The notes beneath the pieces are model-generated. The model worked only from the letters and a program-made list of their open reading frames with translations, was not told the origin of the DNA and ran no database searches. Positions 9,715 to 19,256 of a DNA stretch of 35,320 nt are shown one piece after another. This stretch comes from a virus (lineage: Duplodnaviria; Heunggongvirae; Uroviricota; Caudoviricetes): IMG/VR virus record IMGVR_UViG_2869970738_000004, one strand, 5' to 3'. The position numbers and the translations under genes were made by a program. The number at the start of each line of letters is the position of its first letter. The first letter of the stretch is position 1.

Positions 9715-12558
9715 GTGAGCGAGCGGCACTTCGTAGCGGGAATGCAGACAATGAAGACTCTTGATATCCGGGTCGCTTTCAGCGCCGTTGACAGGCTGAC
9801 CCGGCCTGCCGAAAACGCCCGCCGCCTGATGGGGCAGTTTGGTGACTCCATCCAGCGAACGCAGGGGGCGATCAAAAATCTCGAGCGTCAGGCGCGATCA
9901 TTTGAGCGCGCCCGTGACGCTGTCAGTAAAGCGGATGCGGGCATCGTGAAAGCACGACGCCAGCTTAACGCCCTTAATCAGTTACAACGCACGGGTACAG
10001 TGCTCAGCGAAAAACAACAAAAGCTGATGCAGCAGTTAAGCACCCGGCTTGAACGCCTGAATGAATCGCGCACACGGGAAATTCAGAAAATGCGGGAGCT
10101 TGGCGGAGAGCTGAAACGCCACGGCATTTCCCTGACAGGCAGCGATAACACCATCCAGCAGGCCATCAGACGCACCGAACAGTACAACAACCAGCTTGAA
10201 CGCGAACGGCAGGCGCTTGCGCGTGTAACACGGGCGCGTGAGCGGTATTCGCGCGCGCAGGAAACAGCGGGAAAACTGAAAACAGGTGGTGCGCTGGCAA
10301 TTGGTGCGGCAGCGGCGGGCGGCTATGCTGCCGGGCGTTTTTTGCAGCCTGCGATCGGGTTCGGCAAAGAGATGTTCCGCGTTCAGGCACTGACGCGAAT
10401 CGACCAGAACAGCCCGCAGTTTAAGGCGCTGCGTGAGCAGGCGTTAAAACTTGGCTCTGAAACGCAGTTCACCGCAGGCGATGCCGCCAGTGGACAGGCA
10501 TTTCTTGCAATGGCTGGCTTTACACCACAGGCCATTCAGGCTGCGCTCCCTGGCGTACTGAGCATGGCAACGGCTGGCGGTATGGACCTCGGTGAGACGG
10601 CGGATATTGGCTCAAATATTCTGACGCAGTTCGGTCTTTCTGCTGACCAGATGGACCGGGTCGGCGACACACTCACCGCAGCGTTTACCCGTACCAACAC
10701 TGACCTTCGCGCACTGGGTGAAACCATGAAATATGCAGGTCCGGTGGCGGGTAAGCTGGGAATATCTCTGGAGCAGGCCGCAGCGATGGCGGGCGTGCTG
10801 GCGAATATGGGTATCAGGGGGAGTGATGCTGGTACGGCAATGCGTGCCAGCCTGGCTCGTCTGGCATCACCGCCAAAGGCGGCAGCAGAGGCGCTGAAAG
10901 AGCTTGGCGTGTCTGTCTCGGATGCCGGGGGCAAAATGCGCCCGATGGAGGATGTGCTGGCTGACCTTTATAAAGCTACCCGCAAATACGGGGAAGTTGA
11001 CCGGGTATCGTTCTTTAAGGACATTGCCGGAGAAGAGGCTTTCACATCATTTATGGCCCTCGTTGATGCGGCAGGTGACGGCTCCTTACCCAAACTGAGA
11101 AAAGAACTTGAAGGCGCGCGCGGTGAGGCTGAACGCACGGCAAAGGTTATGGCCAACAACCTTGACGGCGATCTGAAATCACTCAGCAGTGCATGGGAAG
11201 GGTTGCGCATCCGCATTGCAGATCTGATTGACGGTCCGCTGCGTTCTGTCACGCAGTGGCTCACGCGTGTGGTATCAAAGGTGACGGCGCTGGCGCAGGC
11301 CCATCCCGCACTGACGCGCCAGCTACTGATTGCAGGCGGTGCATTGCTGGCAATGACTGCAACGGTTGGCTCGTTGTCGCTGGCTATTGGTGTGCTTGCT
11401 GGCCCGCTGGCAAAACTGCGTCTTGGTTTTTCCCTCCTGACCGGATCAATGAATGCTGTCAGGGTTCTGCCAGCACTATGGGGAATGGTGACGGGTTCCG
11501 TTTCTTTACTGGGAGGCGCTATCGGGGCGTTGTTCAGTCCGGTTGGTCTTATCGTGGCTGCGCTTGCCGGAGCTGCCGTTCTTATCTGGAAATACTGGGA
11601 TCCCATCAGGGCATTTTTTGCCGGGGTGTTCAGCGGGATTATGGAAAGGCTGACCCCGTTGCGCGAAACATTTGAACGGTTTGGTCCTGTTTTTGACGCA
11701 ATCGGGAGTGGGATCAGCCAGGTGTTTAACTGGTTTAAATCGCTGCTGTCACCGATGGAGTCCAGCAAGGAAACTCTGGATAAATGTACCAGTGCTGGCG
11801 AGATATTCGGTAACGTTCTTGGCGGTGCGTTACAACTTGTTCTGACACCTGCAAAAATGTTGCTGGATACGCTGGCGTGGATACTTGAAAAGCTTGGTGT
11901 GCTTCCGGATGAAGCGGAAAGGGCGCGCAAGAAAATCGAAGACGCACAGCGTGCGGCCATTCTTCAGGACAAGGTTGCCTTGCTTCAGGGGGACCTGGCG
12001 AAAATCAATCCGCCGAAGCCTGTGGAAAATGGCAATGGCACCGGAGGTGATAACCCCAAAGACAATAAACCGCTCACAGACAGCAATACCGGTACGCTGC
12101 GCAGACTCAGCAAAATTGCTGATAACACAGGTAAGCTGGTTGAGGAGACGAAAAAACGCATTGGCCCCGGCGATATTGTCTTTAAAAACCTGCCCCGAGC
12201 ACTTGCTGTTCGTGGGGAGTGGCAGGAGCGGAAGATTGCGCAGGTCAGTAAGCCTGCCCCCGCAATTAATATCACACCCGTGGTTCCGGCTCCGCTGCCT
12301 CCGGCGCTGGTCCCTGTTGTTGCGGCCAGCTCCCGCCCGGTGGCGGAGGCTATACGATCTCCAGTGGCATCAGTTCCTGTAACTTCCCGTAACCGGGAGC
12401 CTGTTGCCTCCGGATTTGGTGGTGAAATTCATGTTCATCTGCATAACGTTGTTACGCAGAATCCCCGCGAACTGGCGAAACTGGTCGGTGAAATGGTCAG
12501 GGCAGAAATGGAACGGCGCGCCCGTGCCGGGCGTGGCTGTTTTTACGATAAAGATTGA
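9715..12558 (+). CDS. T: Tail tape-measure protein (P2 gpT-like); true start may be an internal Met near 9742-9751
   Basis: 947-aa ORF with coiled-coil N-terminus, Gly/Ala-rich hydrophobic middle and Pro/Ala-rich tail, in the canonical position after E/E'. Confidence 0.9.
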   Translation: MSERHFVAGMQTMKTLDIRVAFSAVDRLTRPAENARRLMGQFGDSIQRTQGAIKNLERQARSFERARDAVSKADAGIVKARRQLNALNQLQRTGTVLSEKQQKLMQQLSTRLERLNESRTREIQKMRELGGELKRHGISLTGSDNTIQQAIRRTEQYNNQLERERQALARVTRARERYSRAQETAGKLKTGGALAIGAAAAGGYAAGRFLQPAIGFGKEMFRVQALTRIDQNSPQFKALREQALKLGSETQFTAGDAASGQAFLAMAGFTPQAIQAALPGVLSMATAGGMDLGETADIGSNILTQFGLSADQMDRVGDTLTAAFTRTNTDLRALGETMKYAGPVAGKLGISLEQAAAMAGVLANMGIRGSDAGTAMRASLARLASPPKAAAEALKELGVSVSDAGGKMRPMEDVLADLYKATRKYGEVDRVSFFKDIAGEEAFTSFMALVDAAGDGSLPKLRKELEGARGEAERTAKVMANNLDGDLKSLSSAWEGLRIRIADLIDGPLRSVTQWLTRVVSKVTALAQAHPALTRQLLIAGGALLAMTATVGSLSLAIGVLAGPLAKLRLGFSLLTGSMNAVRVLPALWGMVTGSVSLLGGAIGALFSPVGLIVAALAGAAVLIWKYWDPIRAFFAGVFSGIMERLTPLRETFERFGPVFDAIGSGISQVFNWFKSLLSPMESSKETLDKCTSAGEIFGNVLGGALQLVLTPAKMLLDTLAWILEKLGVLPDEAERARKKIEDAQRAAILQDKVALLQGDLAKINPPKPVENGNGTGGDNPKDNKPLTDSNTGTLRRLSKIADNTGKLVEETKKRIGPGDIVFKNLPRALAVRGEWQERKIAQVSKPAPAINITPVVPAPLPPALVPVVAASSRPVAEAIRSPVASVPVTSRNREPVASGFGGEIHVHLHNVVTQNPRELAKLVGEMVRAEMERRARAGRGCFYDKD

Positions 12559-12564
12559 GGAGTC

Positions 12565-13059
12565 ATGGCCATGATGATGATCTACGGCATGTTTGTTTTT
12601 GAGCTGCGCACGCTGCCGCATCAGCAGTTACAGCAAAACAAAAGCTGGCGGCATGTGAAAAATGAACGCGTTAACCGTTCAGCAAGCTGGCAGTATATCG
12701 GTGCAGGTGATGATCGCATCGTTCTTTCTGGTGTGCTTTATCCTGAAATTACAGGTGGCGAAGTGTCGCTGTCGCTGCTGACCACGCAGGCGTATACAGG
12801 ACGACCCTGGCCTTTGATTGATGGCGTCGGGCAGATTTACGGCATGTATGTCCTGACTGAAACGAATACGACCCGCTCCGAGTTTGATCGCTACGGTAAG
12901 GCGAAAAAGATAGAATTTTCACTGACTCTTGAACGCTGTGATGAGGATTTGCGGGAGCGCCTGCAATCCTCATCGTTCAGTGATATGCTGTCCGGCTTCA
13001 AAGATAAGGTGACATCATCTCTTAACAGCGCGGCCAGTTCAGTTAAAGGGCTGTTCTGA
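12565..13059 (+). CDS. U: Tail protein (P2 gpU-like)
   Basis: 164-aa ORF immediately after T with RBS GAGGAG; gpU-like sequence (…YPEITGGE…PLIDG.G.IYGMYV…). Confidence 0.85.
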   Translation: MAMMMIYGMFVFELRTLPHQQLQQNKSWRHVKNERVNRSASWQYIGAGDDRIVLSGVLYPEITGGEVSLSLLTTQAYTGRPWPLIDGVGQIYGMYVLTETNTTRSEFDRYGKAKKIEFSLTLERCDEDLRERLQSSSFSDMLSGFKDKVTSSLNSAASSVKGLF

Positions 13060-13068
13060 TTTAACACA

Positions 13069-13098
13069 AAAACCGCTAATGGTCAGATTAGCGGTTTT
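13069..13098. terminator. Perfect 12-bp-stem hairpin between convergent U and invertase genes; likely bidirectional terminator
   Basis: AAAACCGCTAAT-GGTCAG-ATTAGCGGTTTT; T-run follows on the + strand, A-run precedes. Confidence 0.6.
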
Positions 13099-13732
13099 CA
13101 TTTTCCTGAGTCTGCCCGGTTGTTTCTTCAGTCTGTATATCGCCTACAGGGTGATAACGATAAATCGTCGATGTGCCAATGCCGTAAATTATTGCCAGTT
13201 GTTTTCTGTCGTGCCCGTTTTTGATTAGCCTTGCTATTTGCTCATGCTGTTCTTTTGTCAGCTTCGGTCGACGTCCGCCTGTGCGCCCCCTTGCGCGCGC
13301 TGCCGCCAGCCCGGCCAGTGTACGTTCAACAATTAATTCACGTTCCATTTCAGCCAGGGCACCCATCACGTGGAAGAAAAAACGCCCCATTGGAGAAGAT
13401 GTGTCTATGCTGTCGGTCAGACTGCGAAAATTAATCCCTCGCTCCCGTAGTTCCCCGACGAGAGAAATCAGATGTTTCATGCTTCGCCCGAGGCGATCCA
13501 GTTTCCAGACAACCAGCGTGTCACCTTTTTGAAGGCGCTTTAAAGCGCGTTTTAATCCCGGTCGGTCTGTCTTTGTCCCGCTTAATTTATCTTCAAATAT
13601 TTGTTCACATCCTGCACAAACAAGAGCGTTTCGTTGCAGGTCTGTATTGTTGATACCCTTACATAGCCAATCAGCACACTGAATCTCCCGTCCAAAAGCG
13701 CAAATCATGCCATGCAGGCCAGAAACGGCCAT
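13088..13732 (-). pseudogene. Gin/Pin/Cin/Hin-family serine DNA invertase, N-terminal frameshift separating the catalytic-serine motif from the body
   Basis: Body matches invertases (…NTDLQRNALVCAGCEQIFEDKLSGT.TDRPGLKRAL…HTH); the motif LIGYVRVST is encoded in a different frame from NTDLQ, consistent with a 10-bp deletion between short ATA repeats. Confidence 0.8.
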
Positions 13733-13756
13733 TATTTAAAACCTCGGTTTACAGGA
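13731..13756. other. gix/cix-like invertase crossover site (distal)
   Basis: TTATTTAAAACCTCGGTTTACAGGAA abutting the invertase start; shares the core ACCTCGGTTTAC with an inverted copy at 17965-17990. Confidence 0.65.
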
Positions 13757-13781
13757 AACGGTAAACAGGGCTGGTAACGCC

Positions 13782-14618
13782 GTGCAAAAAAATGGCGATA
13801 CCTTGTCCGGTGGGCTTACTTTTGAAAATGACTCAATCCTTGCCTGGATTCGAAATACTGACTGGGCGAAGATTGGATTTAAAAATGATGCCGATGGTGA
13901 CACTGATTCATACATGTGGTTTGAAACAGGCGACAACGGCAATGAATATTTCAAATGGAGAAGCCGCCAGAGCACCACAACAAAAGACCTGATGACGCTG
14001 AAATGGGATGCACTAAATATTCTTGTTAATGCTGTCATTAATGGCAGTCTTGGAGTTGGTTCGACGAATGCGTTAGGTGGTAGCTCTATTGTTCTTGGTG
14101 ATAATGACACCGGATTTAAACAGAATGGAGACGGTATTCTGGATGTTTATGCTAATAGTCAGCGTGTATTCCGCTTTCAGAATGGAGTGGCTATTGCTTT
14201 TAAAAATATTCAGGCCGGGGATGGTAAAAAATTCACGCTATCCAGCTCCAACAACTTCACAAAGAATGCAACGTTTAATTTATGGGGTGCTTCAACCCGT
14301 CCAGTAGTTGCAGAGTTAGGCGATGAGGCAGGATGGCATTTCTATAGCCAGCGAAATACAGATAACTCGGTAATATTTTCTGTTAACGGTCAGATACAGC
14401 CCAGCAACTGGGGGAATTTTGATTCACGCTATGTAAAAGATGTTCGCCTGGGTACGCGTGTTGTTCAATTGATGGCGCGTGGTGGTCGTTATGAAAAAGC
14501 CGGACACGCAATTACCGGATTAAGAATCATTGGTGAAGTAGATGGCGATGATGAAGCCATCTTCAGACCAATACAAAAATACATCAATGGCACATGGTAT
14601 AACGTCGCACAGGTGTAA
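13782..14618 (+). CDS. Alternative tail-fibre C-terminal (receptor-binding) cassette in the silent orientation; coding continuity starts at the crossover site near 13757
   Basis: ORF ends …[11 protein letters not shown], paralleling the reconstructed end of H (…INGTWYNAGSI); frame is continuous back to the gix core. Confidence 0.7.
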   Translation: MQKNGDTLSGGLTFENDSILAWIRNTDWAKIGFKNDADGDTDSYMWFETGDNGNEYFKWRSRQSTTTKDLMTLKWDALNILVNAVINGSLGVGSTNALGGSSIVLGDNDTGFKQNGDGILDVYANSQRVFRFQNGVAIAFKNIQAGDGKKFTLSSSNNFTKNATFNLWGASTRPVVAELGDEAGWHFYSQRNTDNSVIFSVNGQIQPSNWGNFDSRYVKDVRLGTRVVQLMARGGRYEKAGHAITGLRIIGEVDGDDEAIFRPIQKYINGTWYNVAQV

Positions 14619-14621
14619 ATT

Positions 14622-15150
14622 ATGCAGCATATTAAAAAATATTAAGTCCGGAAATCCAAAAACAAAAGAACAATATCAGCTAACAAAGAATTTTGATGTT
14701 ATCTGGTTATGGTCCGAAGACGGTAAAAACTGGTATGAGGAAGTAAATAACTTTCAGGACGACACCATAAAGATTGTATACGACGAAAATAATATTATTG
14801 TTGCCATAACCAAAGATGCCTCAACGCTTAATCCCGAAGGCTTTAGTGTCGTTGAGATTCCAGATATAACAGCCAATCGTCGCGCCGATGATTCAGGGAA
14901 GTGGATGTTTAAGGACGGAACTGTGGTTAAGCGGATTTATACAGCAGACGAACAGCAACAACAGGCCGAATCACAAAAGGTCGCGTTGCTTTCTGAAGCT
15001 GAAAGCGTTATTCAGCCACTGGAACGCGCTGTCAGGCTGAATATGGCGATGGATGAGGAACGCACACGACTGGAGTCATGGGAACGCTACAGCGTTCTGG
15101 TCAGCCGTGTGGATACAGCAAATCCCGAATGGCCACAAAAGCCTGAGTAA
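14622..15150 (+). pseudogene. Tail-fibre assembly protein (alternative copy) with +1 frameshift in an A6 run at codons 5-7
   Basis: ATG at 14622 reads MQHIKKY then stop; the homologous body ([17 protein letters not shown]…) is in the next frame; the paralogue on the other strand reads [22 protein letters not shown]. Confidence 0.6.
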
Positions 15151-15155
15151 AAATT

Positions 15156-15175
15156 AAGGCCCAATATCGGGCCTT
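15156..15175. terminator. Hairpin between the two convergent tail-fibre assembly genes
   Basis: AAGGCCC-AATATC-GGGCCTT. Confidence 0.5.
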
Positions 15176-15178
15176 CTC

Positions 15179-15712
15179 TCATTCTGGTTGTTCGGGAAAC
15201 GTTACTGGCAGGCTGGAGGTGTCTGTAGATTCGACTTTCTGCGCATAGAGCATCCACTCGGTTAATTTTTGTTTATTCTCGTCGGAAATGATGCCCAGCC
15301 GTAGCTGTGAGTCCCATAGCTGGGTTTTATCCCTGACAAGTTGCAACAGGCTTTGCTTTTCATTTTCCGCTTGTTGCCTCTGCTCTTCCTCGGTATAAGT
15401 TCGCTTTATCACTACGCCATCTTTGAACAACCATTTCCCCGAAATATCAGCCCGGCGATTTGCTGTAATATCAGGTAATTCAACGACGCTTGCGCCTTCC
15501 GGATTAATTGCTGAAACATCCTTTTCAATACAAATAATAACGCCGTTATGGTCATAGACCATTTTCAAAGTGTCTGGCTGGAAATTCTTTTGCTCCTCAT
15601 ACCAGTTTTTTCCATCATCTGAATAAAGCCATTTGATGTTAAATTGCTTTGTTAGCTGGTATTGCTCTTTTGTTTTAGGGTTGCCAGCAGTAATGTTTTT
15701 TAAGTGCATCAT
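15179..15712 (-). CDS. Tail-fibre assembly protein (P2 gpG / Mu U-like), expressed orientation
   Basis: 177-aa [23 protein letters not shown]…; start 2 nt after the reconstructed H stop. Confidence 0.85.
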   Translation of the reverse strand: MMHLKNITAGNPKTKEQYQLTKQFNIKWLYSDDGKNWYEEQKNFQPDTLKMVYDHNGVIICIEKDVSAINPEGASVVELPDITANRRADISGKWLFKDGVVIKRTYTEEEQRQQAENEKQSLLQLVRDKTQLWDSQLRLGIISDENKQKLTEWMLYAQKVESTDTSSLPVTFPEQPE

Positions 15713-15840
15713 CGTTAAATACTCCCCGCGTTATACCACGTCCCATTAATGCAATACTGAATTGGCCTTGCCTGTGTTGTATCAATTAATTCATCACGGT
15801 TTCCGTTAACTGAACCCGTAACGACGGTAATGACTCCAAC

Positions 15841-16218
15841 TTATTGATAGTGTTTTATGTTCAGATAATGCCCGATGACTTTGTCATGCAGCTCCACCGA
15901 TTTTGAGAACGACAGCGACTTCCGTCCCAGCCGTGCCAGGTGCTGCCTCAGATTCAGGTTATGCCGCTCAATTCGCTGCGTATATCGCTTGCTGATTACG
16001 TGCAGCTTTCCCTTCAGGCGGGATTCATACAGTGGCCAGCCATCCGTCATCCATATCACCACGTCAAAGGGTGACAGCAAGCTCATAAGACGCCCCAGCG
16101 TCGCCATAGTGCGTTCACCGAATACGTGCGCCACAACCGTCTTCCGGAGCCTGTCATACGCGTAAAACAGCCAGCGCTGGCGCGATTTAGCCCCGACGTA
16201 TCCCCACTGTTCGTCCAT
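15841..16218 (-). CDS. insB: IS1 InsB reading frame
   Basis: Protein identical to copy 1. Confidence 0.85.
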   Translation of the reverse strand: MDEQWGYVGAKSRQRWLFYAYDRLRKTVVAHVFGERTMATLGRLMSLLSPFDVVIWMTDGWPLYESRLKGKLHVISKRYTQRIERHNLNLRQHLARLGRKSLSFSKSVELHDKVIGHYLNIKHYQ

Positions 16219-16262
16219 TTCCGCGCAGACGATGACGTCACTGCCCGGCTGTATGCGCGAGG

Positions 16263-16538
16263 TTACCGACTGCGGCCTGAGTTTTTTAAGTGACGTAAAA
16301 TCGTGTTGAGGCTAACGCCCATAATGCGTGCAGTTGCCCGGCATCCAACGCCATTCATGGCCATATCAATAATTTTCTGGTGCGTACCGGGTTGAGAAGC
16401 GGTGTAAGTGAACTGCAGTTGCCATGTTTTACGGCAGTGAGAGCAGAGATAGCGCTGATGTCCGGCAGTGCTTTTGCCGTTACGCACCACCCCGTCAGTA
16501 GCTGAACAGGAGGGACAGCTGATAGAAACAGAAGCCAC
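16263..16538 (-). CDS. insA: IS1 InsA
   Basis: Protein identical to copy 1. Confidence 0.9.
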   Translation of the reverse strand: MASVSISCPSCSATDGVVRNGKSTAGHQRYLCSHCRKTWQLQFTYTASQPGTHQKIIDMAMNGVGCRATARIMGVSLNTILRHLKNSGRSR

Positions 16539-16793
16539 TGGAGCACCTCAAAAACACCATCATACACTAAATCAGTAAGTTGGCAGCATCACCCGTAACG
16601 ACATAACCTGACCTGTCAGACCAGCCGGGACCATTCCATGTCTGAACAGATGACAGACCGCCAAGGCGAATACCTGTAATAAACCTTGAGTTACATTCTG
16701 CCCGCGTATATGCACCAACATCTCCCGCTGAAGGTTTTCGTGTCGTGGTATAGAAATCTGACCAACCTAATTCAACCCGGTAATGACTCCAAC

Positions 16794-17171
16794 TTATTGA
16801 TAGTGTTTTATGTTCAGATAATGCCCGATGACTTTGTCATGCAGCTCCACCGATTTTGAGAACGACAGCGACTTCCGTCCCAGCCGTGCCAGGTGCTGCC
16901 TCAGATTCAGGTTATGCCGCTCAATTCGCTGCGTATATCGCTTGCTGATTACGTGCAGCTTTCCCTTCAGGCGGGATTCATACAGTGGCCAGCCATCCGT
17001 CATCCATATCACCACGTCAAAGGGTGACAGCAAGCTCATAAGACGCCCCTGCGTCGCCATAGTGCGTTCACCGAATACGTGCGCAACAACCGTCTTCCGG
17101 AGCCTGTCATACGCGTAAAACAGCCAGCGCTGGCGCGATTTAGCCCCGACGTATCCCCACTGTTCGTCCAT
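16794..17171 (-). CDS. insB: IS1 InsB reading frame
   Basis: 125-aa ORF. Confidence 0.85.
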   Translation of the reverse strand: MDEQWGYVGAKSRQRWLFYAYDRLRKTVVAHVFGERTMATQGRLMSLLSPFDVVIWMTDGWPLYESRLKGKLHVISKRYTQRIERHNLNLRQHLARLGRKSLSFSKSVELHDKVIGHYLNIKHYQ

Positions 17172-17215
17172 TTCCGCGCAGACGATGACGTCACTGCCCG
17201 GCTGTATGCGCGAGG

Positions 17216-17491
17216 TTACCGACTGCGGCCTGAGTTTTTTAAGTGACGTAAAATCGTGTTGAGGCTAACGCCCATAATGCGTGCAGTTGCCCGGCATCCA
17301 ACGCCATTCATGGCCATATCAATAATTTTCTGGTGCGTACCGGGTTGAGAAGCGGTGTAAGTGAACTGCAGTTGCCATGTTTTACGGCAGTGAGAGCAGA
17401 GATAGCGCTGATGTCCGGCAGTGCTTTTGCCGTTACGCACCACCCCGTCAGTAGCTGAACAGGAGGGACAGCTGATAGAAACAGAAGCCAC
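17216..17491 (-). CDS. insA: IS1 InsA
   Basis: 91-aa ORF. Confidence 0.9.
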   Translation of the reverse strand: MASVSISCPSCSATDGVVRNGKSTAGHQRYLCSHCRKTWQLQFTYTASQPGTHQKIIDMAMNGVGCRATARIMGVSLNTILRHLKNSGRSR

Positions 17492-17964
17492 TGGAGCACC
17501 TCAAAAACACCATCATACACTAAATCAGTAAGTTGGCAGCATCACCATTCAACCCCATAACCATCATGAGCCGACCTGTAGGAAATGCCACCATTTTTAT
17601 AATTCACACGGAATTGTACGGCAGGACAGCTACCAGCATTTATATTAAAGTGAAGAATTAATGCAGATGCACCACCAATCAGGGCGTTATATGCACTACT
17701 ATCCCAATTCCATCCAATGGATGTATCACCATTAACAGTATTACCTGTTTGTCGGAGTGCAAATGCATTGACATTTTTGGCACTAATTGAAATATCGCTA
17801 GAACCATCAAAACCAACTCCAGCAATTTTTCGTGCTGTTTTCAGCTTTGTTGCAGTAGCGGCATTGCCGGACAGTTCCCCAGAAAGGCCACCGCTGAATG
17901 TTTGTCGATTGGTCCAGGTATTCGCTGTACTGAGTAACGGTATTTTCTCCCCGCTTGTGCCGAG

Positions 17965-17990
17965 TTCTCGTAAACCGAGGTATTCGATAA
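17965..17990. other. gix/cix-like crossover site (proximal), inside H at the constant/variable boundary (about codon 426)
   Basis: Reverse complement TTATCGAATACCTCGGTTTACGAGAA shares 12-bp core ACCTCGGTTTAC and TTAT flank with the site at 13731-13756, in inverted orientation. Confidence 0.6.
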
Positions 17991-18360
17991 CGGCAGCAAC
18001 GATCGATTTCGCAAGAATATCCCGCCCGACTTTTGTCAGGGTTGCCAGGCTGGCGACATCATTCCCCGTAAAATACGGAAACCTGTCTGCCGCAGTAGCA
18101 AGCCCGGCCAGCGCCGTCAGGGTGGCATCTTTCGGTTGCTTACCCGCAAGCGCGTTAGTCATGGTGGTCGCAAAATTCGGGTCGTTTCCCAGCGCCGCCG
18201 CTAACTCGTTCAGCGTATTCAGTGCGTCAGGTGACGAATCTACAAGGGCGGCAATCGCAGCCATAACGAAAGCCGTGCTTGCGATTTGGGTATTATTCGT
18301 TCCCTGTCGCGCAGTTGGCGTTGTTGGCGTTCCGGTCAGCGCAGGACTGTTTAAGGGCGC

Positions 18361-18726
18361 TTTCTTGTTCGTTTCATCCATTACCGCCTTAACCGCTTTC
18401 GATGTCGCGGCCAGTGTTTCAGACGTGCTGTTGGTGGCACTACTGAGCTGGACTATCCCTTTTTGTGCCGTCGTGGCGTCCTGAGCGGTATATTTTGCGT
18501 TAGCAAGGTCATACGCGGCCTTTACTGCTTTCGGCGTTGCAGCCTGCGTTTCAGACGTGCTGTTGGTGGCGCTACTGAGCTGGACAAGGCCTTTTCGCGT
18601 CGTGCTGGCATCCTGCGCAGTATATTTACCGTTAGCAAGATCATACGCGGCCTTTACTGCTTTCGGCGTTGCAGCCTGCGTTTCAGACACGCTGTTAGTG
18701 GCGCTACTGAGTTGAACAAAGCCTTT
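18361..18726 (-). repeat. About 2.8 tandem copies of a 132-bp (44-aa) in-frame coding repeat within H
   Basis: Protein repeats KG[FLI]VQLSSATNS.SETQAATPKAVKAAYDLAN.KYTAQDA; nucleotide period visible as GTTAGCAAG[GA]TCATACGCGGCC recurring 132 bp apart. Confidence 0.8.
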
Positions 18727-19256
18727 TGCGGTCAGCGAGGCGTCCGGGTGACGTCGTGACTGTTCATGCTCTTTCAGTTTGTCATCCACGTAATCCACTG
18801 TGGCCATCACCATGGTGTTGTCCACGGTAAGCGCCACGGTGGCAGTGCTGGATACGGTCAGAATGGTGCGAAATGTTTGTGCACGACCGGACCCTTCGGC
18901 AACGGCTGGCTTGTAACTTTCGGCAGTATTTCCCACCGCGATTAAATCGCCGTGCTCATCAAATACACCAATTTCCCGGATCCAGAATCCGCCCGTTTCA
19001 GGAGGAATAACCAGCTCCGCAATAATGCGGTTCTGATGTGTTGCGTCCAGGATGACGCGATTAACAGTATGTCGCCACACCTCATGCACCAGACGGGTCT
19101 GCTTACTGTCTGGTGTGGGCAACGTGCCGCCACCGTCGCCCACGGCCATATGAGTCAGGCGGACAGGCTTACCATCTGGCGCGGCTACCTGAGCTAATTT
19201 TTTTGCACCCGTATCGGTGATAATGGTTTTAAATTTTCGTGTTGTGGTACTCATGC

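Larger units (their letters stand above)
15826..16593 (-). mobile_element. IS1 copy 2, 9-bp target duplication CGTAACGAC
   Basis: Canonical IS1 ends; identical flanks at 15817-15825 and 16594-16602; insB 15841-16218 and insA 16263-16538. Confidence 0.95.
16779..17546 (-). mobile_element. IS1 copy 3, 9-bp target duplication ATTCAACCC
   Basis: Canonical IS1 ends; identical flanks at 16770-16778 and 17547-17555; InsB differs from copies 1-2 (…TMATQGRLM…). Confidence 0.95.
17542..19254 (-). pseudogene. H: Tail fibre protein (P2 gpH-like) truncated by IS1 copy 3; the remaining C-terminal coding pieces lie at 16603-16769 and 15715-15816
   Basis: 570-aa track ORF ends GYGVEW with the stop inside IS1; removing both IS1 copies and one copy of each duplication restores a frame ending …CINGTWYNAGSI at 15715. 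Confidence 0.85.

Noticed and set aside
9715-9764. Annotated start of gpT at 9715
   Set aside because: Kept as the track start, but it overlaps the E' extension; internal Mets at about 9742-9751 are equally plausible and cannot be resolved by eye.
10968-11960. 330-aa reverse-strand ORF (and other antisense ORFs) inside the tape-measure gene
   Set aside because: Lies wholly antisense to the gpT ORF; Ala/Ser/Pro-rich low-complexity translation typical of GC-rich antisense frames.
18361-18726. Possible CRISPR array suggested by regular repeats
   Set aside because: Repeats are 132 bp, contiguous without spacers, and in frame within the tail-fibre ORF; no cas genes.
17717-18759. 255-aa and 98-aa + strand ORFs inside H
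   Set aside because: Antisense to the H ORF across its tandem-repeat region; low-complexity translation.
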